From positions 32,001 through 96,000 of the IMG/VR virus record IMGVR_UViG_3300028048_000061: 64,000 bases of DNA; one strand, given 5' to 3'. Positions 9,613 to 17,999 of the stretch are shown in pieces. The notes beneath the pieces are model-generated. The model had not been told where the DNA came from, did not search any database, and saw nothing but the letters and a program-made list of their open reading frames with translations. This stretch comes from a virus. Positions within the stretch are counted from its first letter, which is position 1. Each line of letters opens with the position of its first letter. Both the position numbers and the translations under genes were made by a program.

Positions 9613-11181
9613 ATGAGCAACGAACTTATAATAAAAATAGAAGCCAATCAGACAAATGGAATGAGGGTATCAGAATTAAATCTTGATGGTTCAAACATTA
9701 CCATTGATTGGGGAGATTCAACTATTGATGATTATTCGGAATCCATAGAACACGAATATGATGAAGAAGGCGAGTACACCATAACAATAACTGGAGTGTC
9801 TGGAATACATGCTGGTTTGTTATATGGTGTTGGAAATGTTGTAGAAGTCATTATCCCAAACAACATAACAACATTGTCAAACAGTGTTTTTAGGGGGTGC
9901 GGTAATCTTGAAAAAGTGGTTTTGCCAAATGGAATATCCTCAATTGGAAATAGGTTTTGCTATGATTGTTCAAATCTTGTTGAAATCAACTTGCCTGATG
10001 GACTTGAAGATATAGGAACTTATTTCTTATCTGGGTGTGGATTGGACGAAGTTGTGTTCCCATATGGATTATCTACAATTAGAACCAGAGCATTGTTGGG
10101 TAGTAATGTGAGCAATGTTGTAATTCCAAAATCTGTAACAAGCATTGGAGATTATGCATTTCAAGATTGTCGAAACTTATCATATATTGAAATACCAAAT
10201 AGTGTTGAGTCAATAGGCGCTTTGTTCGGTAAAGGTTCTTCATTGACAACAATCAAATTCCATTCAGAAACACCGCCGACAATGGGCGAAGGTCTGATGA
10301 TGGGTAATTTTGATTGCAGTTTTCATGTTCCAGAAGGAAGTCGTGTTAACTATATGAATACAACAGGTTATCCAACTTCATCTACAAGATATGTTGAATA
10401 TCCTACATTGAAAAGCAAATTGGTTGGCTTAGGCAAAATATTAGAAGACAAACTATTGGATGATGGGATTGCAGCTGACTGGACTGATGGGTTGAACACT
10501 TTAGCAGACGATGTATCAAGGATAGGTGAAGAAGATATTTTAGGGGTAGGAACTATCAATACAACTGCCTTGGATTTTAGAAATTTGGTTAATCAAGTAA
10601 ATGTACCATCAAATGTTACTGAAATTGGGGATAGAAGTTTTGTATGGTTTAATATAACATCTTGCACATTACCAAATGGACTAACATCAATAGGGTCATA
10701 TGCATTTTATCACTCAAAATTGAATACATTAACCATTCCAAGCACTGTTTCAACGATAGGTACATATGCTTTTGGATATACAAACTTAACAACAATAACC
10801 ATTCCTGCAAATGTCCAAATATTAGATTACAGTACATTCCGTAACTGTTCAAGTTTAGTTGAAGTATCTTTTGCTTCAAATTCATCATTGACAACAATAA
10901 AGGACTATGCTTTTTGTTATTGTTACTCTCTTCAAGAAATCGATATACCTTCAGGAGTTACATCAATAGGGTATCGTGCTTTTTGGAGATGCAACAGTCT
11001 TCAAAAGATAAAATTCAACAGTACAACTCCTCCAACATTGGATGCAGAAGCGATTTCAGATTCATATTGGCAATTGCCGACAACTTGTATTATCGAAGTT
11101 CCACAAGGTCGTCTTAATACATACAAAAATGCGACGAACTATCCAGACCCAAGTGTTTACACATATGTAGAGAGTGATTAA
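9613..11181 (+). CDS. BspA-type leucine-rich repeat (LRR_5) protein with a PKD-like N-terminus
   Basis: Multiple L..I.IP..VTSIG.YAF..C repeats; TIDWGD motif; RBS AGGTGA before ATG 9613. Confidence 0.85.
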   Translation: MSNELIIKIEANQTNGMRVSELNLDGSNITIDWGDSTIDDYSESIEHEYDEEGEYTITITGVSGIHAGLLYGVGNVVEVIIPNNITTLSNSVFRGCGNLEKVVLPNGISSIGNRFCYDCSNLVEINLPDGLEDIGTYFLSGCGLDEVVFPYGLSTIRTRALLGSNVSNVVIPKSVTSIGDYAFQDCRNLSYIEIPNSVESIGALFGKGSSLTTIKFHSETPPTMGEGLMMGNFDCSFHVPEGSRVNYMNTTGYPTSSTRYVEYPTLKSKLVGLGKILEDKLLDDGIAADWTDGLNTLADDVSRIGEEDILGVGTINTTALDFRNLVNQVNVPSNVTEIGDRSFVWFNITSCTLPNGLTSIGSYAFYHSKLNTLTIPSTVSTIGTYAFGYTNLTTITIPANVQILDYSTFRNCSSLVEVSFASNSSLTTIKDYAFCYCYSLQEIDIPSGVTSIGYRAFWRCNSLQKIKFNSTTPPTLDAEAISDSYWQLPTTCIIEVPQGRLNTYKNATNYPDPSVYTYVESD

Positions 11182-11183
11182 AA

Positions 11184-11309
11184 ATGACAGTAACACATAC
11201 TATAAGCAAAACAAGAGCAAAAGTTGGAGAAACAGTAACAGTATCAACATCAGGGATTGAAGCTGGAGTGATGAATAATGAGTACAATAACAGCAAAAGT
11301 CGATTTTAA
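11184..11309 (+). pseudogene. 41-codon remnant ORF (MTVTHTISKTRAKVGETVTVS...), possible truncated adhesin gene
   Basis: ATG 2 nt after the upstream stop; Ig-like beta-strand start; out of frame with and overlapping the next gene's RBS and start. Confidence 0.35.
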
Positions 11310-13590
11310 CCCATATATGCAAAGAGAGTTACCTCTTCCAAACATAAACGGTACAAATATACAAGTGGACTGGGGAGACGGAAGCCAAATAGAAACATTC
11401 GCCAATGGAACAGGAAATGCCACACATTCCTATACAAACAACCAGAACCATGATTACAAATATGAAATAATCATAACAGGTGACATAACAGGATTAGGGA
11501 ACGATGCATTCCGTTCGTTTTATTATGTTGAAGTCAAATTGCCCGAAGGAATAACAACCATTGGAAATGCCTGTTTCAGAGAAAGCAGAGTGGAGCAACT
11601 GACAATCCCAAAAACAGTTACGAGCATAGGAGACGAATTCAACTACAGAAACACAGCACTGAAAACATTAACAATAAATGGGAACAGCCTAACCACAATA
11701 GGTACAGATTTCTGTTTCGTAGCATCAAGCCTTGCTACACTGAAACTCCCTGACAGCATAACAAATATAGGAATAAGAGCATTCAGTGCTTGCACTTCCT
11801 TGAAAGAATTCCCAGTCCCCCGAAACTTGACAGGGTTTTCAAGATATTTCTTGCAGAATGCCTCACCTGACTTAATATTAAAATTCAAAAATGGACCAAT
11901 AAGCAACCCACCAATCAATACAAATACAAAAATAATTGTACCATTAAATAAATTACAGGATTTCATTAACCATTCAAGTTACCCTAACGAAAGAGAAAGA
12001 TATGATGTATTTGGAAAAAATTTATCAGAAAAGGTTTATGTTTTAGGAGTGCATTTGGCAGAAAATCTTCAGGATAAAAATATTGTCGCAAGTGCAAATG
12101 ATGGATTGACTACATTGGCAAACAAAATCCCAAAAACAGTTATAACTCAACCAAATTCAAGAAAGACATCATTTGATGAAATACCTGTTGATATAAGGAT
12201 TCCACAAAATGTAACTTCATTAAAAGATTATTGTTTTGGAAAATACGATGCAAATCGTTATTTTGGAATGGTTAATTTAAGAAAAATTGAACTTCCACAA
12301 CAATTAACTTCAATAGGAAAACATGCATTCACATCTTGTGTCAACCTTGAAAAAATAAAGTTCACAAGCACCACACCTCCAACAGTAGATGAAACGACAT
12401 TTTCAGCATTGCCAACTAATTGTATCATAGAAGTTCCATATTCAACCATTCAGACATATCAATCAACACAATATTACCCTAATCCAAAATTTTACCATTA
12501 TAAGGAAACAATATCTGATTCAAACATTGGATTTTTCCACGATGAAAATAATTGGAACAACGACCCAAAGATAAATATAAGTCAAGAAAAGATAACAACA
12601 AATGATATGATATGGTTAAACTCACAGTTTACAACAAGCCAATCTTATATATTGACATTTGATGTTATCTGCACAAAACAGAATAATAATGGAATATTGC
12701 TATTCAGTACATCACAAAGCTTAAATGACTCTGGATATTATATCTATTCTGCAAATTCCAAAACATATGTTTTTGATGGAGAAACAACAAGCCAAATAAA
12801 TAAAGAATACTTAAATTATGGCATTCATAGAATTAAAATAGATTGCTTAAGAAATAATGCTTCCATTGAAATAGATGGTGAGATTGTCATTGATAATTTA
12901 AATGTTTCAAATTTACCCAATACAATAGGATTGAAAGCATCAGATGGAGGGAACATAAGCATTTCAAACATTGACTTGATTGAATATGAATGCATTTACC
13001 ATGACAAATGCAACAGTTCAAGCAATCTGTCAAATTATGGTTCTGCAATTCATATCCATGGGAATGATAAAAATCTTGATTGCCAATTGACATATAATTC
13101 ATCAGGACAATATTATAATTTTGGTGTTCCAGGTGTTGGAACAAATCAATCATTTAGACCAATAACTTCATTAAACAATAAGTCTACAAGTTTTAAAGTA
13201 ATAATGAAATGTCATGGTGGGAACAGTAGTGTAGGATTTGTAGCATATGGCGATTCTTCAAACTTTTGCTATTTTGAATATAAAACATCATATGGTTACC
13301 TTGATGGTGGAGGCAAAATAAATGGAACCTCTTTAATAAGTGGTGGAACAGTATTAGGTCTACAAGAAAACTTAATAGAAATAATTCCTGCAACACTTGA
13401 AATCCATGTTGATATGGAAAATCTAACTATGAGGTGCATAGGCAAATGGGAAAATGAAGAAAAACCATACACTTATACATACCAAATACCATCAAATGTA
13501 ACGAAATTTGGTTTATATACTTCACAAGCATCTAATGGTACATATGGTCTTGGAAACATATATGATATAAAAATTATAGAAAGCATATAA
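11278..13590 (+). CDS. BspA-type LRR protein with C-terminal lectin/ConA-like beta-sandwich domains
   Basis: QVDWGDGS, LRR_5 repeats, LG..LAENL..K.I.AS..DGLTTLANKI motif (related copy in the upstream LRR gene), two beta-rich C-terminal domains. Confidence 0.75.
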   Translation: MSTITAKVDFNPYMQRELPLPNINGTNIQVDWGDGSQIETFANGTGNATHSYTNNQNHDYKYEIIITGDITGLGNDAFRSFYYVEVKLPEGITTIGNACFRESRVEQLTIPKTVTSIGDEFNYRNTALKTLTINGNSLTTIGTDFCFVASSLATLKLPDSITNIGIRAFSACTSLKEFPVPRNLTGFSRYFLQNASPDLILKFKNGPISNPPINTNTKIIVPLNKLQDFINHSSYPNERERYDVFGKNLSEKVYVLGVHLAENLQDKNIVASANDGLTTLANKIPKTVITQPNSRKTSFDEIPVDIRIPQNVTSLKDYCFGKYDANRYFGMVNLRKIELPQQLTSIGKHAFTSCVNLEKIKFTSTTPPTVDETTFSALPTNCIIEVPYSTIQTYQSTQYYPNPKFYHYKETISDSNIGFFHDENNWNNDPKINISQEKITTNDMIWLNSQFTTSQSYILTFDVICTKQNNNGILLFSTSQSLNDSGYYIYSANSKTYVFDGETTSQINKEYLNYGIHRIKIDCLRNNASIEIDGEIVIDNLNVSNLPNTIGLKASDGGNISISNIDLIEYECIYHDKCNSSSNLSNYGSAIHIHGNDKNLDCQLTYNSSGQYYNFGVPGVGTNQSFRPITSLNNKSTSFKVIMKCHGGNSSVGFVAYGDSSNFCYFEYKTSYGYLDGGGKINGTSLISGGTVLGLQENLIEIIPATLEIHVDMENLTMRCIGKWENEEKPYTYTYQIPSNVTKFGLYTSQASNGTYGLGNIYDIKIIESI

Positions 13591-13723
13591 GATAAAACAT
13601 AAATCTGATTGAAAGAGATTGTGGATGTGTGATATTAGGTGATTGTTGTAATCGTATAAATAAAATTAGTGAATTAACTATTAAAGAATTATAAAATAAA
13701 AAATAACAAGGAGACATATTAAA

Positions 13724-13909
13724 ATGTTAGGATTATTATTAATATTTAGCTTTTGGATAGCAATTACCATAATGGTAGTATTACCTTTAATTATCGTATT
13801 TGCTTTAGGAAGCATATTTGCAGAAAGATTAGGACTTGATGGCTTTGATTATTATTGCTTTATGATATTATTCTATATTATCATATTGGGGATATTAATT
13901 ATTATATAA
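13724..13909 (+). CDS. Small two-TM membrane protein (holin candidate)
   Basis: Two hydrophobic segments; directly upstream of the endolysin; RBS AGGAG. Confidence 0.45.
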   Translation: MLGLLLIFSFWIAITIMVVLPLIIVFALGSIFAERLGLDGFDYYCFMILFYIIILGILIII

Positions 13910-13927
13910 AAAATATGAGGTAATCAT

Positions 13928-15028
13928 ATGAAAACATCATTAATCATTCAAGAAGCAAAAGAAATTAAACAATTTATAGATAAAAACAAATCATTGCCAA
14001 AATTCTGTACAATCAATGGCAATACATATAGTATATATACAACGTCATATTTATTAGGAAAATTTTTACAAGATACTAAGAAAACAAGTGTGAATGTTAA
14101 AACTATTCAAACTTATAAGACACACACAAATGATAATATTAATGAGAAAATTTTGCCAAATGACTATTTGGATATGAATAGTAGGTTTGTTAAATATTGT
14201 GAAACGAACAAAAAGGTTCCATCTTATATTACAACTAAAAAATCTCAAATCAAAGTATCATATGAATTATTCGTATATTGTTTATGTAAAATAATTACAT
14301 TTTACTCCAATAATTCAAACACTTTGCCAGCATACTGTACTTTTAATTCATCCGATATTCAAAATAAGACAACCACTAAAACAACCACCCAAAAAACAGC
14401 AACCACATCTACATCAACCACCAAAAAAGTTGTCAAAAAAAGCAATTGTGAAAACCCATTCACAAGCAGCCCACATTACATCACCGAGGGGTGCAACAGA
14501 TTAGGTCAATGTAGAGGTTACTATTGCGCCCCTCATAGCATTCATCAAGCAATGAAAAAATTCGGCATAACAAAATTTTCCGAAAATCAAATCGCACAAT
14601 GGGCCGGAACCACCACGTCAGGCACGGGACATAGCGGCATAAATACGGCCATAGCAAAGATATCAAAGCAATCAGGAGTTAAATTAAGCGTAAAATGGAA
14701 AAACTTCTCTGACATGGGAAAAACCGACAAGGAACGCTTTGAAAACATTGCAAAAATATTATGCAAACCGAATACAGCAATAATTTGGCATATTCTCTAT
14801 ATTAATGGAGGCTCTGGCATCGTAGGAAAGGGATTTGGACACTATGAATGTCTAGATAAGATAAACATAGCAACAAGCCACGTTAGAGCATTGAATTCAT
14901 TAGGGGATAGAAAAGCCGATGGAAGCTATAAGGGAAGATTACAAGATAGAATGTATGCAATACAAGCATATTATGCAAAGCATACCAATGGAGGACAACC
15001 AGCTCTCTGCATAATTACAAAAGGATGA
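13928..15028 (+). CDS. Endolysin: pseudomurein-binding repeats + C39-family peptidase (PeiR-like)
   Basis: N-terminal FI..NK.LP....I / DM..R...Y...NK.VP.YI / FY..N..LP repeats; T-rich linker; LGQC..YYCAPHS..GT..SGI..GHYE..NSLG catalytic pattern. Confidence 0.85.
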   Translation: MKTSLIIQEAKEIKQFIDKNKSLPKFCTINGNTYSIYTTSYLLGKFLQDTKKTSVNVKTIQTYKTHTNDNINEKILPNDYLDMNSRFVKYCETNKKVPSYITTKKSQIKVSYELFVYCLCKIITFYSNNSNTLPAYCTFNSSDIQNKTTTKTTTQKTATTSTSTTKKVVKKSNCENPFTSSPHYITEGCNRLGQCRGYYCAPHSIHQAMKKFGITKFSENQIAQWAGTTTSGTGHSGINTAIAKISKQSGVKLSVKWKNFSDMGKTDKERFENIAKILCKPNTAIIWHILYINGGSGIVGKGFGHYECLDKINIATSHVRALNSLGDRKADGSYKGRLQDRMYAIQAYYAKHTNGGQPALCIITKG

Positions 15029-15032
15029 TAAT

Positions 15033-15203
15033 ATGTACTTAAAAGCATTACAAAAAATCAACAATGGCTTATACAAAGCTATTGGACCACGAAACATCGT
15101 TATCGAAATACAAGTTTACATCAATAAGAAGCGCAACGAAAAAGACAAAGTTGATGAAAAGGAAATTCTAACATATGATGATGAACAACCATTTGTTCAA
15201 TAA
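15033..15203 (+). CDS. Hypothetical 56-aa protein (not in ORF track)
   Basis: MYLKALQKINNGLYKAIGPRNIVIEIQVYIN..., starts 4 nt after the endolysin stop. Confidence 0.5.
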   Translation: MYLKALQKINNGLYKAIGPRNIVIEIQVYINKKRNEKDKVDEKEILTYDDEQPFVQ

Positions 15204-15242
15204 TTATCATTTAAATAAATTTAAAAATATATTTTAATACTA

Positions 15243-15542
15243 ATGAAAAGGAATCATCAAAAACTTGGAGTAGGGCTTCTTGCCCTTTTTTTTATTTTCT
15301 TAATTATCACACTATTATATGTCAATCCTCTTGTAGAGGAACGACATGCTCCATATAATCGGACAGAAATCATTCCTCAATATGGTTTTTATATGACAAA
15401 CATCACGTGTCCACATTGTGACTCGACAGACATCAATCCATACACAGCACATATTCAGGAGGATAATCGCAATAAAAAGGTCATAACATTTTTTTATTGT
15501 CATAACTGTTCGACAATCTTTTCAATACGACCGAGCAAGTGA
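15243..15542 (+). CDS. Membrane-anchored zinc-ribbon protein
   Basis: N-terminal TM segment; CPHC...CHNC. Confidence 0.55.
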   Translation: MKRNHQKLGVGLLALFFIFLIITLLYVNPLVEERHAPYNRTEIIPQYGFYMTNITCPHCDSTDINPYTAHIQEDNRNKKVITFFYCHNCSTIFSIRPSK

Positions 15543-15889
15543 AATTTATGACGAAGCAATCAAGAGATTTAATGAAAAAGATACATTATAGACGAACCGT
15601 CTATAGCTGCGGTTTCGTTAAAAGCGTTGTAACGTCTATTTTGGGTTTCGGCACATTATTAATTTTTCAAAACCTCATGGTTGCTATGGGGAATCCTCTA
15701 ACCCCCTCAACCCAATTGATTTTTGGAATATTGATAATGATGGGCTGTGTATCAGCAATATTATTGTTTGATTCACAAAGAGAGAAAACTAAAGAGGCAG
15801 AATTAGACGCTATATTTGACGAAATTTTAAAAATCAAAGGAATCAAAGAAGCAGAATTAGCAAAGGAAGGAGAGGAAACTGATGAATGA
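15539..15889 (+). CDS. Two-TM membrane protein (holin-like candidate)
   Basis: Two hydrophobic helices and a charged C-terminal tail. Confidence 0.45.
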   Translation: MKFMTKQSRDLMKKIHYRRTVYSCGFVKSVVTSILGFGTLLIFQNLMVAMGNPLTPSTQLIFGILIMMGCVSAILLFDSQREKTKEAELDAIFDEILKIKGIKEAELAKEGEETDE

Positions 15890-16130
15890 GGAATTCGTAG
15901 GAAACGTATCAACAATTGTAAAAGTATTAGTATTGACATTTGTGCCAGCTGCATTTTTAGAACAAGTCGATGCAAATGCTTTAAGCGTAGTTTTAACTGG
16001 AATCATTATGTTTATTTTCAGTATTATTGACGCAAAATATTCAAACACTTTTAAAATTTTAGGTAAAGGCAATACAGAACCAATCGAAGAAGAAATCAAC
16101 GAAGAAGAAATTAACGAAGAGGGGATTTAA
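15882..16130 (+). CDS. Putative holin
   Basis: 82 aa, two TM segments, acidic C-terminus, within the lysis cluster. Confidence 0.5.
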   Translation: MNEEFVGNVSTIVKVLVLTFVPAAFLEQVDANALSVVLTGIIMFIFSIIDAKYSNTFKILGKGNTEPIEEEINEEEINEEGI

Positions 16131-16343
16131 ATGGGAATGAATAGAAAATGGAATATGAAAGTATTTGAACTTCACGAGCTTGAACAATCAAATGATTCTA
16201 GCACTCCAGAGAAACCAACTCCTATAGATAATCCGGACAATCCAGCAAACCCAGATAATCCAGCAAACCCAGATAATCCAGAAAACCCAGAAAACCCAGA
16301 TAATCCAGAAAACCCAGAAAACCCAGATAGTCCAACTTTATAA
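16131..16343 (+). CDS. Small protein with (D/E/A)NP tripeptide repeats
   Basis: DNPDNPANPDNPANPDNPENPENPDNPENPENPDSP. Confidence 0.55.
   Translation: MGMNRKWNMKVFELHELEQSNDSSTPEKPTPIDNPDNPANPDNPANPDNPENPENPDNPENPENPDSPTL
16227..16334 (+). repeat. 9-bp tandem repeat x12
   Basis: gataatcca / gcaaaccca / gaaaaccca units. Confidence 0.95.
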
Positions 16344-16379
16344 AATTATATTTTGCAAATAAGATAGAGGTAACAAAAA

Positions 16380-17537
16380 ATGGTTAGTGTACAGATACTA
16401 GACGAACAAGAAATCTTAGCTGATTTAAACCGAATTGCACAAGAACTCGGTTTAATCAACGAGGTTTTTGAAGCTTCACATATTTATATTTATTATTCTG
16501 TATTTGCAAGAGTCTTCGGCAAAATCAGTCGAGTTTTTGGAACATATATTGATAATATAGACATTAATGAAACAACAGATGAAGCATTATTAGAGCGATT
16601 AATCGCGCCTTTGGTTGTAAAACGAAGCGCAAGTACGGCAAAAGTTATTCTTACTTTTACAAGAAGAAATATGGAATCTGATAGTGATATCTTTATTCCA
16701 AGAAACTTTGAAGTAATGACTGAAATGACCGATAATCCTATCGTATTTAGAACAGCAGAAGCAAGGATTCTTTGGAGAGACACTTATTCCGTAAAAGTGC
16801 CTGCTTATTCAATCGATTTAGGCGCAATAAACAATGTTAATGCAAATACACTAACTTATTTTGTTGATTCAGAATTTGCAAATATTAGTGTTACAAATGA
16901 AGAGCCGGCGTACGGAGGAGCTGATGAAGAGACAAGCTTTGATTCAAGGCAAAGAATATTGTCATTTAGGTATGCGAGAGAGGGTGCTAAAGCACAATTG
17001 CAAGGATTATTAGCAGATGCTGGCATCCCCGTTGACGGCTTTAGATTAACAGAGTTTTATGATGGATATGGTTCATTATTGCTTGCTTTAGAGTGCGATA
17101 GTGATTCTATGTTTCAAGATGTTATAAATAGAATCGAAGTGTCACGTCCTCAAGGAATTATGTATCATTATTGTAGAGTAGAACCCAAATATATGAATTT
17201 TGATATCAAGGTATGGATTACAGGTTCAAGAATTTATGACGAATACTCTATTGACGCAATAAATGCATCAATTAAATCAGCGATAGAGCTATATTTCTCC
17301 CAAGATGTCTGGGTAGGAATGCCTCTTAGTCTAAAACGATTACAAGCGTTTGTTCTCAATTATATCGTAGCGGAAAATTACGAGATTTACGAAATCGATA
17401 TGAGCATTGAAAATGAGGAAAAATATGAACACGATTTCAAAACAAAACAAATTATCGTGAAACCGTGGGAAAAACTATATGCAAATAAGCTTACAATTGA
17501 TATAGATTACGAAACCGAAGAGGATTATGAGGGATAA
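16380..17537 (+). CDS. Baseplate wedge protein J-like (gp6/gp47 family)
   Basis: A.V.LTF..IP..FEV.T..IVF.T..V.V.A...G..NNV..TL..VTN..PAYGGADEETS..RQRI signature. Confidence 0.85.
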   Translation: MVSVQILDEQEILADLNRIAQELGLINEVFEASHIYIYYSVFARVFGKISRVFGTYIDNIDINETTDEALLERLIAPLVVKRSASTAKVILTFTRRNMESDSDIFIPRNFEVMTEMTDNPIVFRTAEARILWRDTYSVKVPAYSIDLGAINNVNANTLTYFVDSEFANISVTNEEPAYGGADEETSFDSRQRILSFRYAREGAKAQLQGLLADAGIPVDGFRLTEFYDGYGSLLLALECDSDSMFQDVINRIEVSRPQGIMYHYCRVEPKYMNFDIKVWITGSRIYDEYSIDAINASIKSAIELYFSQDVWVGMPLSLKRLQAFVLNYIVAENYEIYEIDMSIENEEKYEHDFKTKQIIVKPWEKLYANKLTIDIDYETEEDYEG

Positions 17538-17540
17538 TAT

Positions 17541-17987
17541 ATGGTTGAAAGAGCAGAAATACAAGATTTATTAGTCGACCAAGAAGATGTATTATTTGTT
17601 CAAGGAGCATTAGACTTCTATGATAATACCGTAATAGAAGACGATGACATCACCATATTAAATAACAGAGAAGCCCTAAAGCAAGGTATAGAGAATCTTT
17701 TGAGAACCCCAACTGGTGTTATAGATGGTGTTGGAATGGAGCGATTCGGAACCGATTTCTTGACTCTTCGAGGACAGCAAATCACTTATCATACAGTAGA
17801 ATTAGCAAAAAAATATATCAACGATTGTATCCCACAGTTACAAGGAAAAGTCCGAAAAATAGACGTACAAGCATTTAATCCAAGAAAGGATACACAAGAG
17901 CAAGACCCATATGGTAGATTTACAATGGGTTTCATATTAACAGTTGACAGCGTATATGGAGAAATAAGATTTCCCGTTTTATTATAA
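17541..17987 (+). CDS. Baseplate gp25/GpW-like protein
   Basis: EALKQGIENLLRTPTG..FGT..LRG pattern; about 150 aa; next to baseplate J. Confidence 0.65.
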   Translation: MVERAEIQDLLVDQEDVLFVQGALDFYDNTVIEDDDITILNNREALKQGIENLLRTPTGVIDGVGMERFGTDFLTLRGQQITYHTVELAKKYINDCIPQLQGKVRKIDVQAFNPRKDTQEQDPYGRFTMGFILTVDSVYGEIRFPVLL

Positions 17988-17999
17988 TGAGGTGAAAAA

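Noticed and set aside
3927-13590. Diversity-generating retroelement targeting the fibre/LRR genes
   Set aside because: No reverse transcriptase in the window, and I found no template/variable repeat pair differing only at adenines. The repeats seen are in-frame coding paralogues. A DGR elsewhere in the genome cannot be excluded.
15273-15294. Terminator AGGGC-TTCTT-GCCCT-T7
   Set aside because: Lies within codons for the hydrophobic N-terminal helix of ORF 15243..15542; a short stem explainable by coding content, though a dual role is possible.
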